The notes under the pieces are model-generated. The model made no database searches, was not told where the DNA came from, and worked only from the letters and a program-made list of their open reading frames with translations. From positions 547 through 64,546 of the forward strand of contig JAAOZN010000092.1 in NCBI GenBank assembly GCA_011605775.1: 64,000 nucleotides of DNA. Reading direction: 5' to 3'. Shown piece after piece: positions 25,315-35,555 of the stretch. Origin of the DNA: Nitrososphaerota archaeon. Its GTDB lineage: Archaea; Thermoproteota; Nitrososphaeria; Nitrososphaerales; JAAOZN01. Made by a program: the position numbers and the translations under genes. Numbering within the stretch: the first letter of the stretch is position 1; every line of letters begins with the position of its first letter.

Positions 25315-27537
25315 ATGCCGAGGTTCAAGACCACAGCAGAAATCATGAAGATCATAGGCAATAAGAGCCAGATTCGAAAGGCTTAGCCGATTTTGGCTAG
25401 CCCGAATGATTTTGGCGTTATTGCCCACGTAGATCACGGCAAAACTACTATGAGCGATAGCCTACTCGCTGCCTGTGGGCTTCTAAGCCCTTCTGTTGCA
25501 GGTCAAGCCCTAGCCCTCGACTACATGGATCTTGAGCAGCAGAGGCAGATGACGATCAAAGCGGCTAACGTGACCCTCTACTACGAATACAATAACATAC
25601 CCTATGTGCTTAACATGATAGACACCCCTGGGCACATTGACTTCACAGGCAGGGTTACGAGGAGCCTGAGGGCTATCGATGGAGCGGTGGTTGTTGTAGA
25701 TGCCGTTGAGGGTGTTATGACGCAGACCGAAACAGTCACTAGACAGGCGCTTGAGGAGAGGGTTAGGCCGGTGCTCTACATAAATAAGATAGACCGCTTG
25801 GTCAAGGAGCTGAGGCTTACACCTGAGCGGATGCAGCAGTGGCTTGCCGGGATAGTGAACGACTTTAACCACCTTATATCCATCTACGCTGAGCCAGAGT
25901 ATAAGGAGAAGTGGAAGGTGAGCATTCAAGACAATAGCGTAGCCTTCGGCGCAGCCAAGGACAAGTGGGGCTTCAATCTAGAGATAGCGCAGAAGAAGGG
26001 TGTGAGGTTCAGCGACATCTACGAAGCATACACAAAAGGAGCAGTCGCTCAGCTCGCAGAAAATTACCCGCTGCACGAAGCCATCTTAAGTATGGTGATA
26101 AAGCATCACCCACCACCTGATGTAGCGCAGAAGTATCGTATCCCAAGAATATGGAGAGGCGACCTAGACTCAGAAGTTGGTAAAGCGCTCCTAAACTGCG
26201 ATGAAAACGGACCAACAGTAATGATGGTTACAAATGTGGTAGTAGATCCTCAAGCGGGTGTGGTAGCAACTGGAAGGCTCTTCTCCGGCACCGTTAGAGA
26301 TGGCGACAAAGTGTATCTTATAGGCGCTAAGAGGGAGGAGAGGATCCAATCCGTCAACATGTTCATGGGACCTTATAGGGAAATCGTAGGCGAGCTAGGT
26401 GCAGGGAACATACCAGCGCTGCTTGGACTTGAGCACGCCAGGGCTGGTGAAACAGTATCATCAATAAAAGACCTCGTCCCATTTGAATCCATAAAGTATG
26501 TTTCTGAGCCCGTGGTGACGGTAGCTGTGGAACCTAAGCATCCAAGGGATCTGCCCAAACTCGTTGAAGCGCTCCATAGGCTCAGCATAGAAGACCCTAA
26601 CCTCGTGGTGAAGATAAACGAGGAAACAGGCGAGATGCTTATGTCTGGTATGGGTGTGCTGCATCTTGAAATAGCTACCACACTGATTCAGCAGCAGGGG
26701 CTAGAGATCGTCACATCGAAGCCCCTCATCAACTACAGGGAGACGATACGGAGGGCTGCAGGTCCTGTTATGGCTAAGTCGCCCAATAAGCACAACAAGA
26801 TCTACATTAGAGTCGCTCCGCTTACAGAAGAGGAGATCGAACTCATAAGGACTGGGAGGATAAATGAGAACCTAGATAGGAAGGAGATCGCAAAGATCCT
26901 TAGAGAAAAAGGCTGGGACGCTGAAGAGGCTAGAGGTGTGGTAGCGGTAGATGAGCGTGGTAACCTCCTGCTTGACTTGACTAAGGGTGTGCAGTTCCTC
27001 CAAGAGTCTCTGGACTCGATAAGAGCAGGGTTTGTGGATGTGATGATGACAGGCGCACTCGCCCACGAATATACGAGAGGGGTCAAGGTTATTCTGCACC
27101 ACTTTGTACCGCACGAAGACCCTGCGCACAGAACCTACGCCCAGCTTATGCCAGCTACCAGAAGGGCGATCTTAGGTGCGATCCTCTCAGCAGACCCAGT
27201 TCTACTCGAGCCTATGCTTGGTATAGAGGTTAAGTGCCCTGTCGACATGATCGGCGCGGTTGCGAGCGTCATATCATCTAAGCGTGGTAAGACGCTGAAT
27301 ATTATCCAGAAGGAGACGATGGCTATAGTAGAAGGTGAAATACCAGCCGCCGAAACCTTCGACCTATCAGAAGTTATGCGAGGAGCAACCGCAGGAAAAG
27401 CCATTTGGAACACCCACTTCAAATGCTGGTCACCAGTCCCAAGCTCCATGATGATGAATGTGATAAAAGAGATCAGAAAGAGGAAGGGGCTGCCAGAAGA
27501 GCCGCCTAGAGCAGAGGAGTTCATAGACAAAGAGTAG
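25315..27537 (+). CDS. fusA: translation elongation factor 2 (aEF-2), coding sequence interrupted by a 30-nt BHB element containing an in-frame TAG
   Basis: G1 AHVDHGKTT, DTPGHIDF, NKIDR and the full EF-2 domain series through the diphthamide-loop region. The conserved N-terminus MPRFKTTAEIMKIIGNKSQIR is encoded upstream of the TAG at 25384 in the same frame. Confidence 0.85.
25379..25408 (+). other. candidate bulge-helix-bulge intron within the aEF-2 mRNA
   Basis: Outer helix GCCAGA/UUU[U]GGC. Central 4-bp helix UUCG(25373-76)/CGAA(25403-06). Bulges AAA(25377-79) and UGA(25407-09). Inner helix GGCU[U]AGCC/GGCUAGCC with loop GAUUUU. Excision leaves 30 nt fewer, in frame, without the TAG. Confidence 0.6.
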
Positions 27538-27545
27538 AAGAAAGA

Positions 27546-28079
27546 TCAACCCAACGCCTCAAGCAGACCCCTAACCACGCCGCCTTTAATACGCTCCGAG
27601 GCAAACCGTTTAAACTCAGCAAGCCTACTTCGATCAAACCCACTACGAGCATACTCCTCAGCCTGCAGCGCCATTTCAAACGCATCGACCTCGCGCACAA
27701 GCCTCGCTTCGCTACTCTCGCCATCAACCCACTCTCGCCAAGCTTCGAGGTAGAGGGGCTGAATCTGCTCCGGTAGATCTTTTAGGATGCGTACCATAGC
27801 CTCCTCTTCCATAGAAGATTTGTCTAAGCCCTCCTTAACCTCATCTGGTGTGAGATCTCCAATAGACGATTCGGCGAGGTCGTGTATGAGCGCTATTCTA
27901 ACAGCCTTAAGTGTGTCTAGCTTGAGTAGGTCGCTTAGAATCATCGCAGCCAAGCCGACCCTAAAGCTGTGGTCAGCTACGGATTCAGCACCCTTGATGC
28001 CTGCTTTAGTTACCCAGCCTCTGCGTGGTATCTGCTTCAGCCTACCCGCTGCTGAAAGAACCTTCAAGATGCCTATCAA
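27546..28079 (-). CDS. HD-domain phosphohydrolase (YfbR-like 5'-deoxynucleotidase family)
   Basis: Motifs ESVADHSF and ALIHDLAES..GD. Confidence 0.7.
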   Translation of the reverse strand: MIGILKVLSAAGRLKQIPRRGWVTKAGIKGAESVADHSFRVGLAAMILSDLLKLDTLKAVRIALIHDLAESSIGDLTPDEVKEGLDKSSMEEEAMVRILKDLPEQIQPLYLEAWREWVDGESSEARLVREVDAFEMALQAEEYARSGFDRSRLAEFKRFASERIKGGVVRGLLEALG

Positions 28080-28097
28080 AAGGTTTCCCCAGATTCT

Positions 28098-28841
28098 TTA
28101 GCTGATGTATCCAAGATCCTTCTCTGGTTGCGTTTCCGTGGACTTCTTCATCGACTCAAGTATGCTTCTTAGAACCTCACCTTGCTTAGCCCGCTCCTCA
28201 AGTGGTGTGAGGTCGATATCGAGCTTTATCACCTTCTTGAGCAGCGAGAGCACGGCGTGTGACGCCTTTGGATCCATGACATAGCCAGAGGTTTCTCCTA
28301 GTAGGCAAGCTCCCTCCATCCCCTTGAGCGCAGCTAACCCTATTATCAGCCCGTTCATCCCCGTAATTGTGCCTTCGCTCATAACGAGCGCACCGTTCTG
28401 AACGAGAAGCCTAAGCAGGTCTTGATTAGTAGCAGTTCCAAAGACCCTCGGTGACTTCACAAACTGTCCTGTGATGTATGCTGCGAGTGTAAAGACCCTC
28501 TTGACACCAAAATCAGCAGCGAAGTCCAGAACCCTGTTGGAGAGCTCGTATTCAGCTTGAGGGTTTATGGGCTGCGCATCTCCAGTGTAGAGAAGCAGAT
28601 CACCATTCTGCCCCCTCACATAAGATAACTCGTGCTTACTCAGCTCAGCAGAACCATCTGGTCTAATCAAGACCTGAGGAGGGAAGTTGTATGAGTAGAT
28701 CGTTGCAAGGGGAGAAGATTTGAGCTCGCTCACAAGAAAGTCAAGCGCGATCTTAGCAACATACCCACTCCCAGGTAGACCACAGATCAGCACAGGCTCC
28801 TTTAGTATAGGCTTATCCCAGACCTTGATCTGAATGGTCAA
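28098..28841 (-). CDS. PAC2-family proteasome assembly chaperone-like protein
   Basis: The N-terminal LICGLPGSGYVAKIALDFLV pattern and ~245-aa length are typical of archaeal PAC2/PbaA-B proteins. Confidence 0.6.
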   Translation of the reverse strand: MTIQIKVWDKPILKEPVLICGLPGSGYVAKIALDFLVSELKSSPLATIYSYNFPPQVLIRPDGSAELSKHELSYVRGQNGDLLLYTGDAQPINPQAEYELSNRVLDFAADFGVKRVFTLAAYITGQFVKSPRVFGTATNQDLLRLLVQNGALVMSEGTITGMNGLIIGLAALKGMEGACLLGETSGYVMDPKASHAVLSLLKKVIKLDIDLTPLEERAKQGEVLRSILESMKKSTETQPEKDLGYIS

Positions 28842-28929
28842 CGCTGATCACTACCTTATGCGCCCCTCTAACTTATAACCATAGTTGTATCTGTTGAAGC
28901 AAAGAGGGTTAAATACCGCCTAAGACAAA

Positions 28930-29295
28930 GTGGATGGCAGCAGATTGGGCATAACCTACATCGTAGGTAGGGTTAAAGGACCTTTAGGCGAAGAGGAGGT
29001 TCGGTTTTTAGTAGACAGCGGAGCGACCTACACCCTATTACCTGAGAAGGTCTGGAAAAGCATAGGGCTCAAGCCGATCAGAGAGCACGACTTCACATTA
29101 GCAGATGGAACGATCATCAGAAGGAGCGTATCAGAATGCTACATATCCCTTCCACAGGGCGAATGCCACACACCCGTTGTATTAGGCGAAGCAGACGACC
29201 AACCTCTACTAGGCGTCGTCACACTAGAAATATTGGGGCTGGTATTTAACCCATTTAAGAGATCTCTGCAACCTATGAAGATGCTTCTCATCTAA
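28930..29295 (+). CDS. retropepsin-like (clan AA) aspartic protease
   Basis: FLVDSGATYTLLP contains the D-S-G-A active-site motif. ~120 aa, single lobe. Confidence 0.65.
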   Translation: MDGSRLGITYIVGRVKGPLGEEEVRFLVDSGATYTLLPEKVWKSIGLKPIREHDFTLADGTIIRRSVSECYISLPQGECHTPVVLGEADDQPLLGVVTLEILGLVFNPFKRSLQPMKMLLI

Positions 29296-30098
29296 GGCAG
29301 AAGACCGCTCATAGCGGCTAATAGGATCAAGAGACTAAGAGCGAGGACCAAGACCCAAGCCCTCTTACTCCAGAGCAAGACCTTGCGGCCATCTAGGGCT
29401 GAAAAGGGTAGAAGATTAAATACCGCTATTATAGCGTTCACATAGATACCATATCCTAGTATAAGAGCGAGCCAAGATAGGTTGGGCGGTGTTAGCATCC
29501 GTGCAAGATAAAATACGCCTATGAGAACTAGGTTGGTCAACGGACCGCTTAAGGCAACCCTACCTATCACGTCAACCCCAGCTGAGCCTACAATAAACAC
29601 AGCACCCGGAGCTATTATCTTCAGGGGCGAAACCACGCTTATCGCTGTTAAGAGAGCACCATAGGGCTCGAGCCTAAACTCAGCCCAGAGACCACGCCTC
29701 CTAGCTGCTATGCGGTGCGCGACTTCGTGCAGCATAAACGAGGCTAAGAAGACCAAAGCTGTACCAAACATGACCCTTACATCGCTACGCCAACCAGCCA
29801 AAGATAACCCAACGAACAGAACAAGCAGCGAAGCCAAAGCGAAATGCTTGGCTTCAGTGGAGCTTAGCCGAGCTAGGTGAAAACCTCCGCCTCTTTTAAT
29901 CGGAACGTAGTCTACCCTCCTCTCTTTCCTAGCTTCGCTCCAACGCTCTACAGGGGGTCTAGCCAACCAGATCTCTGGGCAGTTGTGGTTTTCTGGAAGC
30001 CTATGCTCAGAGCAAAAGGTGCCGCCACAATACCTACACCTATAGGGTAGTGGTTCAACCTTCCCGCAGATTTGGCAAGACAATACTATATCCGCCAT
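29292..30098 (-). CDS. AN1-type zinc finger fused to a membrane HExxH (M50/site-2-like) metalloprotease
   Basis: N-terminus CQICGK..YRCRYCGGTFCSEHRLPENHNC (AN1 pattern), then several TM helices with HEVAHRIAARR. Confidence 0.65.
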   Translation of the reverse strand: MADIVLSCQICGKVEPLPYRCRYCGGTFCSEHRLPENHNCPEIWLARPPVERWSEARKERRVDYVPIKRGGGFHLARLSSTEAKHFALASLLVLFVGLSLAGWRSDVRVMFGTALVFLASFMLHEVAHRIAARRRGLWAEFRLEPYGALLTAISVVSPLKIIAPGAVFIVGSAGVDVIGRVALSGPLTNLVLIGVFYLARMLTPPNLSWLALILGYGIYVNAIIAVFNLLPFSALDGRKVLLWSKRAWVLVLALSLLILLAAMSGLLP

Positions 30099-30131
30099 TA
30101 AGTAGTGAGGAGGCTCTTCTTAAGCGCTGTG

Positions 30132-30815
30132 CTAAAGGTCCTCCGGTTCGATTAAGGGCACAAACGCGCATTCAGTTACATCTTTAACATCGAACTTATC
30201 TGCTGAAATCTTGACGAGCTTCTTAAGCGTCTGTGACCACGAGCCGCCTACGGGTATCAGCAGTATCCCCCCTTGCTTCGTCTGCTTCTTAAGATACTTC
30301 GGTATAGTCGAGGCTGCGGCTGTTACTACAACCCGATCATATATCTCATCCTCTGACCTAGGTGGGTAGCCTAGACATCCATCACCCAAAACAACCTTCA
30401 CCACCCTATCGTAACCAAGAGAGCTGAGGTTGCGTAGAGCGAACTCGGCAAGCTCAGGGATACGCTCAACCGAGACCACAAGTCCCTCCGGACCTACGAT
30501 CTCAGCCATAAGTGCGGCTGAGTAGCCGCTCCCACAACCCACTTCTAGAACCTTAAGGCCTTTCTTGAGCTCGAGCTCCTCCAGCATAATCGCGACCATA
30601 TGAGGTGCTGAGATGGTCTGCATCGTTTTACCGAGAGGTAGGGGTGTGTCTAGGTATGCGTTCTCCACCTCATCTGGCCAGACGAACCGCTCCCTCGGCA
30701 CCTTTAGGAAAGCCGCTTCAACCGCCTCAGACCTTATTAGACCCTCTTCTTTCAGGTTTCTAACAAGCATCTGCCTCTGCTCCTCAAAGGACCTCAATCT
30801 ACCCAATTCATCCAC
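30132..30815 (-). CDS. pcm: protein-L-isoaspartate O-methyltransferase
   Basis: TISAPHMVAIMLE and VLEVGCGSGYSAALMAE (SAM motif I), ~220 aa. Confidence 0.85.
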   Translation of the reverse strand: MDELGRLRSFEEQRQMLVRNLKEEGLIRSEAVEAAFLKVPRERFVWPDEVENAYLDTPLPLGKTMQTISAPHMVAIMLEELELKKGLKVLEVGCGSGYSAALMAEIVGPEGLVVSVERIPELAEFALRNLSSLGYDRVVKVVLGDGCLGYPPRSEDEIYDRVVVTAAASTIPKYLKKQTKQGGILLIPVGGSWSQTLKKLVKISADKFDVKDVTECAFVPLIEPEDL

Positions 30816-30821
30816 ATCCAG

Positions 30822-31850
30822 CTAAGAGCCGAACCAGCGTTCAAGCGTTTCAGACGACCTTTCTTCGGCTTCTCTCAGCTTATTCAGAGCGGACCTCACA
30901 CGATCTTCTGAGAAGCTGTGCTCGCCGCAAAGGAAGTCTATGATGCCCTCCTCATCAACCCTCCCCCATTTAACCTCGATCTTGGAAGTGACCCTAGGGT
31001 TCAGAAAGATCGACCTAATCGCCTCATACTCTACTTCAGCCAAAGCATCCTTGATCTCAGGTATGTTTTCAAGCCTACCATACTGCTTAATATACTTCAG
31101 CGCCTTGGCTGGACCAATACCCTTGAAACCGTCTGGATTGAAGTCTGTGCCCACAAGTATGCCTAGGTCTATGAGCTGCTCCCTAGTCAAGCCGAGCTCG
31201 CTCAAAACACTTTGAAGCGTGATCTCTTCAGGCTCGATCTCGATGTAGACAGGCTTATTCGGAAGCTTCCTCCTACCAGAGATCGTTACATTCCTAACAA
31301 GACGTGGTGCACCGAACAGGAGTGAGTCATAGTCTTGGCTCGCTGTATGTGTGGCAACACCTATCTTAGTTAGGTGTGCTGCTGTTGCTTCGCCCTCAGA
31401 AGGAGCCTCAACCCAAGGTATGCCCATCAGATTAAGAAGCGTCTTGGTATCCTCTACCATATAGTCTTTAATGATTGAGGTCAGTTGAGCATACCTTCTC
31501 GCAGCCTCATAATCGCCCCTAGCAACAGCCTCAGCATACTTAAGAGCAGCCTCCTCCTTAACACGCCTCCTACGCGCTATCTCAGCAGCCTTAAGGCTTG
31601 GGGGCTGACCGTCTAAGATGTAAATCGGCTTGATACCTAAGGATAGTAGGTTCACGTTGCGGTAGAAGAGCCCACTAAGGTGGCTAGTCACCCTTCCGCT
31701 CCTATCTCTAAGCGGCTCACCTTGCTCACCGCGTATCACAGCTAAGAACTGGTAGAGGGCGTTATACGCATCTACCGCAAGTATGCAGCCTCGAAGCTCC
31801 TCGAGCTTAAGCCTCTTTTTTGGCACTATATCGCCTAAGTCTACTCCCAT
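30822..31850 (-). CDS. fen: flap endonuclease 1
   Basis: MGVDLGDIV...LAVDAYNALYQFL, GKPP-type region YILDGQPPSLK, and the H3TH region ILVGTDFNPDGFKGIGPKKA-like. Confidence 0.9.
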   Translation of the reverse strand: MGVDLGDIVPKKRLKLEELRGCILAVDAYNALYQFLAVIRGEQGEPLRDRSGRVTSHLSGLFYRNVNLLSLGIKPIYILDGQPPSLKAAEIARRRRVKEEAALKYAEAVARGDYEAARRYAQLTSIIKDYMVEDTKTLLNLMGIPWVEAPSEGEATAAHLTKIGVATHTASQDYDSLLFGAPRLVRNVTISGRRKLPNKPVYIEIEPEEITLQSVLSELGLTREQLIDLGILVGTDFNPDGFKGIGPAKALKYIKQYGRLENIPEIKDALAEVEYEAIRSIFLNPRVTSKIEVKWGRVDEEGIIDFLCGEHSFSEDRVRSALNKLREAEERSSETLERWFGS

Positions 31851-31909
31851 ACCTCTCTAAGATAGGGTCTGGATAGATTTATCTTTGGCTCTAACGTTCT
31901 TGTATGTAG

Positions 31910-32353
31910 TTGGTAGGCTGGCGCTGTGAGAACTGCAACTATCTACATATATCGACCAGCATATCTGAGCGCATACCTTCTAGATGCCCAGTCTGCGGCT
32001 CAAAAAGACTCAAGATACACAACGAAGATATACCGCACACAAACCTAAGCAACTACATAAGAAGGCTCTCCCGGTTAAAGCTGCTAAAAGCAGATGAAAG
32101 CGAAGAGGAGAGAAGGAAACTGAGAGAGGAAGGCATACACGTGCTTGTAGAAGACGAGAGCAGAGGTGAGCTAAAAGAGTATCTGACAAAAGAAGAAGCG
32201 GCAAGATATTTGAAGATGGTTAGAGAATACGATGCTGCCCTCGCTGTCTTGGGAGGGGCGGTGGTAATAGTGGAGAAGAACTCAAAGATCCGAGGGTTTG
32301 TTGGCATAAGCGCTGCGAAGCTGCACGAGTTATTTGAGGCTGCTGGACGCTAA
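31910..32353 (+). CDS. zinc-ribbon domain protein, function unknown
   Basis: CENC...CPVC at the N-terminus followed by a charged helical region. Confidence 0.4.
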   Translation: MVGWRCENCNYLHISTSISERIPSRCPVCGSKRLKIHNEDIPHTNLSNYIRRLSRLKLLKADESEEERRKLREEGIHVLVEDESRGELKEYLTKEEAARYLKMVREYDAALAVLGGAVVIVEKNSKIRGFVGISAAKLHELFEAAGR

Positions 32354-32354
32354 C

Positions 32355-32579
32355 CTACTCTGGCTGATACGGCTCTATGGCCTCGATCCTCCTCTTATCC
32401 TTACCGACCCAAGTTACACTTATTAAACCAAGTATCTCGAGCTTCAGCAAGATCCTGTTAAGTGTAGACATAGTCACCTCGAACCCACTTTTGGTTAGAT
32501 CATTCAGCAGATCAACGTCTGTAAGATTCCTTGCTTGTTTGATCTTTTCATAAACGACGTTCTTGAGTAGAGGCTTCAA
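32355..32579 (-). CDS. small winged-helix-like protein
   Basis: 74 aa. STLNRILLKLEILGLISV looks like a wHTH recognition helix plus wing. Confidence 0.35.
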   Translation of the reverse strand: MKPLLKNVVYEKIKQARNLTDVDLLNDLTKSGFEVTMSTLNRILLKLEILGLISVTWVGKDKRRIEAIEPYQPE

Positions 32580-32627
32580 CTCAGACTCCTCTATTTAGCC
32601 CCTTAAAATAGAGTCGAGCAGCACTAT

Positions 32628-34820
32628 TTAAGTGTAGAAGGTCTTCGAGGCGCCTCCTACCTTACTGTTAAGCACTTGATTCAAAGAGTTGTACCACGAT
32701 TCAACCTCCTTCGTTATAGATGGTCTGACCTTATTTAAAGCGTGCTGGAAGTCAATCAACCTAACTACGGTTGACTCATCACCTGTCCTTAATGCGTGGA
32801 GACCAGCCTCCCTGACCAGCGCCTGTAGGTCTGCGCCCGAATAACCTTGTGTCTGTTTGGCAATTTCCTCTAACTTAACATCCTCGGCTAGAGGCATCTT
32901 AGCCGTGAGTATACGTAGCACCTCCAATCTACTTGCTTCATCTGGTGGGGGGACATAAACCAAAAGGTCAAGCCTACCCGGTCTTATAAGTGATGGATCT
33001 ATTAGGTCTGGTCTATTGGTAGCTGCAACAACAAACACTCCAAAAGTGTTCCTCACGTTGTCCATCTCTGTCAGAAGCTGACTCAAGATCTTCTCTGATG
33101 CGTAATATTCATCCAAAGACGACCTTGATCTAGCAATAGAATCCACTTCGTCAAAGAAGAGTATGCAGGGCGAAGAGAGCTTGGCTTTACGGAAGATATC
33201 CCGAATAGCCTTCTCAGACTCACCAACCCACTTGGACAACACCTCAGGGCCACGTATGGTGATAAGATTGGCACCACTCTCATAAGCCAAGGCGTGCGCC
33301 AGCATCGTCTTCCCACAGCCCGACGGACCGTACAGCAATACACCTGAGGCAGGGGTTATCCCGAGCTTCTTGAACCGCTCTGGGTGTTTGATAGCCCATA
33401 TCACGTTTTCTGTCAAGGTATGTTTCACCTTATCCAACCCACCTATGTCGCTCCATCTGATCTTAGGCGACTCAACATAGAACTCCCTCATAGCGCTAGG
33501 CACTATCTGGTTCATCGCCTCTCTAAAATCAGAGAGCGTCACAACCATCTTATCAAGGATCTCAGGCGGAACCCTCTTGCTCTCAAGATCTATATCTGGG
33601 ATGTATCTACGCAGCGCAAGGAGCGCCGCCTCTTGGCAGAGTGCACGTATATCAGCACCCGTGTAACCGTGAAGCGAGGCGGCAAGAGCCCCCAAATCCA
33701 CATCATCAGCCAGAGGCATGCCCCTAGTGTGAATCTGTAGTATTTCAAGCCGTGCTTCTTGATTAGGTACGCCTATCTCGATTTCCCTATCAAATCTACC
33801 GGGTCTGCGTAGCGCAGGGTCTAGTGATTCAGGCCGGTTGGTTGCGCCGATTACTATGACTGAGCGCCTCTCCGATATGCCATCCATGAGAGACAGGAGC
33901 TGCGCGACTACACGCTTCTCTACATCGCCTATAACCTCTTCTCTCTTTGGGGCTATAGCATCTATCTCATCGATGAAGATTATACTCGGCGCGTTTTCAG
34001 ACGCCTCCTTAAAGATCTCACGCAACCTAGCTTCACTCTCCCCATAATACTTATTCATAATCTCAGGCCCGCTTATACTAAAGAAGCAAGCCTCACACTC
34101 ATTAGCCAACGCTCTAGCGAGCAGAGTCTTACCACAGCCAGGCGGACCATACAGCAGCACACCAGAAGGAGGCTCGATGCCCAAGCGTCTAAAGACTTCA
34201 GGGTGTTTAAGGGGCAGCTCCACGATCTCTCTTAAACGTTTGATCTCCTTGCTCAAACCACCTATATCATCAAAAGTAACACCAGACACCCCGCCTGCAA
34301 CCTTGGTTGAGTCGAGGTATATCTCCACAGACGACGCGTCATCAAGCACGACAAACCCCTTAGGATTCGTCTCTATGACTTTGAAGGTGACAGAGTTGCC
34401 TAGTATCATAATGCTAACATTCTGCCCCTCTACTAGGGGCATACCCTTGAGCCGGCTCTTAATGAACTCGGAGAAAGCTTCATCGACCACAAGCTTAGCG
34501 TCAGTAGGAGCGAGCTTAACAGATCTGGCGACTTTGGTCTGAGCCCTTCTTACTATAGCGTAATCGTTAAGCGAAAGCCCAGCGTTTCTCCTTGTCAACC
34601 AATCCAGCCGGATTATCTGACTATCCTGCTCTTCTTCATCGAGCGACCAGGCTATTGCAGCGGTGCTCTGCTTACCCACTATCTCCACTACATCACCATC
34701 CTTTATGCCCAGCATATTCATGACGAGCGGTGGTAGTCTTGCTCTGCATTTAGCAACATCTCTATGCTTCGCCTCAACGACCTTGAGCCTTATAGCATCT
34801 AGGCCTCTTGATCGCCCCAA
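32628..34820 (-). CDS. cdc48: CDC48/VCP-type AAA+ ATPase (two AAA domains)
   Basis: N-domain RLKVVEA...IVEI. D1 Walker A GPPGCGKT with [10 protein letters not shown]2 GPSGCGKT with ILFFDEVDS. Confidence 0.9.
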   Translation of the reverse strand: MGRSRGLDAIRLKVVEAKHRDVAKCRARLPPLVMNMLGIKDGDVVEIVGKQSTAAIAWSLDEEEQDSQIIRLDWLTRRNAGLSLNDYAIVRRAQTKVARSVKLAPTDAKLVVDEAFSEFIKSRLKGMPLVEGQNVSIMILGNSVTFKVIETNPKGFVVLDDASSVEIYLDSTKVAGGVSGVTFDDIGGLSKEIKRLREIVELPLKHPEVFRRLGIEPPSGVLLYGPPGCGKTLLARALANECEACFFSISGPEIMNKYYGESEARLREIFKEASENAPSIIFIDEIDAIAPKREEVIGDVEKRVVAQLLSLMDGISERRSVIVIGATNRPESLDPALRRPGRFDREIEIGVPNQEARLEILQIHTRGMPLADDVDLGALAASLHGYTGADIRALCQEAALLALRRYIPDIDLESKRVPPEILDKMVVTLSDFREAMNQIVPSAMREFYVESPKIRWSDIGGLDKVKHTLTENVIWAIKHPERFKKLGITPASGVLLYGPSGCGKTMLAHALAYESGANLITIRGPEVLSKWVGESEKAIRDIFRKAKLSSPCILFFDEVDSIARSRSSLDEYYASEKILSQLLTEMDNVRNTFGVFVVAATNRPDLIDPSLIRPGRLDLLVYVPPPDEASRLEVLRILTAKMPLAEDVKLEEIAKQTQGYSGADLQALVREAGLHALRTGDESTVVRLIDFQHALNKVRPSITKEVESWYNSLNQVLNSKVGGASKTFYT

Positions 34821-34872
34821 CTTCAGGTACCTATCTACTGCATCCAGCCGTCTTAAGATAAGCTTTATCGTC

Positions 34873-35151
34873 TTAGAGCGAAGTTGAAAAGCGGCTTACG
34901 CCTATAACATCAACTTGGCTTACGTGTTCCACCTCTTTGATCAATGACTCAAGCTTATCCAGAATACCCTCTTCCTCTGTAACCTTCACATCTAGTATTA
35001 GAGCTGAGAGCCCGAAAGCGATAGGCTCCTGAGTCCGTCTTAGAAGAGTAGAGCCTTGAGGGAGCTTACGGTCGATCTGCTCGGCAAGCTCGTCCAAAGG
35101 CACAGAAACATCGTCAGGAAGCACCTTTAATCTGACAAGCACACTACCCAA
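34873..35151 (-). CDS. ef1b: elongation factor 1-beta
   Basis: 92 aa. VLVRLKVLPDD...EPIAFGL.AL is typical of aEF-1beta, and the conserved Zn-ribbon neighbour is present. Confidence 0.8.
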   Translation of the reverse strand: MGSVLVRLKVLPDDVSVPLDELAEQIDRKLPQGSTLLRRTQEPIAFGLSALILDVKVTEEEGILDKLESLIKEVEHVSQVDVIGVSRFSTSL

Positions 35152-35164
35152 TCGAGTAAACCCC

Positions 35165-35356
35165 CTACGGTCCTTCGAAACCGCATTTTATGCATCTATA
35201 TGGTCTGAAGAAGACTCTACACTTCTCGCATCGCCAGATTAAGACCTCACCGCAGTCCGGGCAGTAGAACTTCACCGCTTCTTCACTAGGGGTTATAGGT
35301 TTATTGCAGGATGTGCAGATTGGTAGCTGTATCTGAGACATACCTGCCTTCCTCAA
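35165..35356 (-). CDS. four-CxxC zinc-ribbon protein (conserved aEF-1beta neighbour)
   Basis: CTSC..., CPDCG, CEKC and CIKCG in 63 aa. Confidence 0.65.
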   Translation of the reverse strand: MRKAGMSQIQLPICTSCNKPITPSEEAVKFYCPDCGEVLIWRCEKCRVFFRPYRCIKCGFEGP

Positions 35357-35555
35357 CCATACAAGCCTTATAGTAAATATACTTTTGGTTTGAGAACTCT
35401 CTTCAGCTAGAATTAAGATGTATAAAATGCCCTAATTATCTTCCATTTTTAGCGCAGAGGCGCCTTTGAGCACACTTTAGTTGCTGATTAGTAACAAGGG
35501 TTGCGTAATATTACAATAGCAAGGTTTTAATCTTAAAGCACGGTAGCTGCAAACA

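Noticed and set aside
25381-25398. Alternative explanations for the EF-2 in-frame TAG: pyrrolysine or sense decoding, gene-60-like translational bypass (GCT take-off at 25381 next to the TAG, GCT landing at 25396), or translation simply starting at the TTG at 25393.
   Set aside because: TAG terminates several genes here, including EF-2 itself (27535), the 1590 and 2297 ORFs and nuoH. Readthrough or hopping would leave a 7-9 residue insertion before the P-loop. The TTG has no SD and would drop a conserved N-terminus that is encoded in frame behind a proper promoter and SD. BHB excision is the only model that restores the canonical IRN-xx-VIAH spacing. These alternatives are kept as fall-backs, not excluded.
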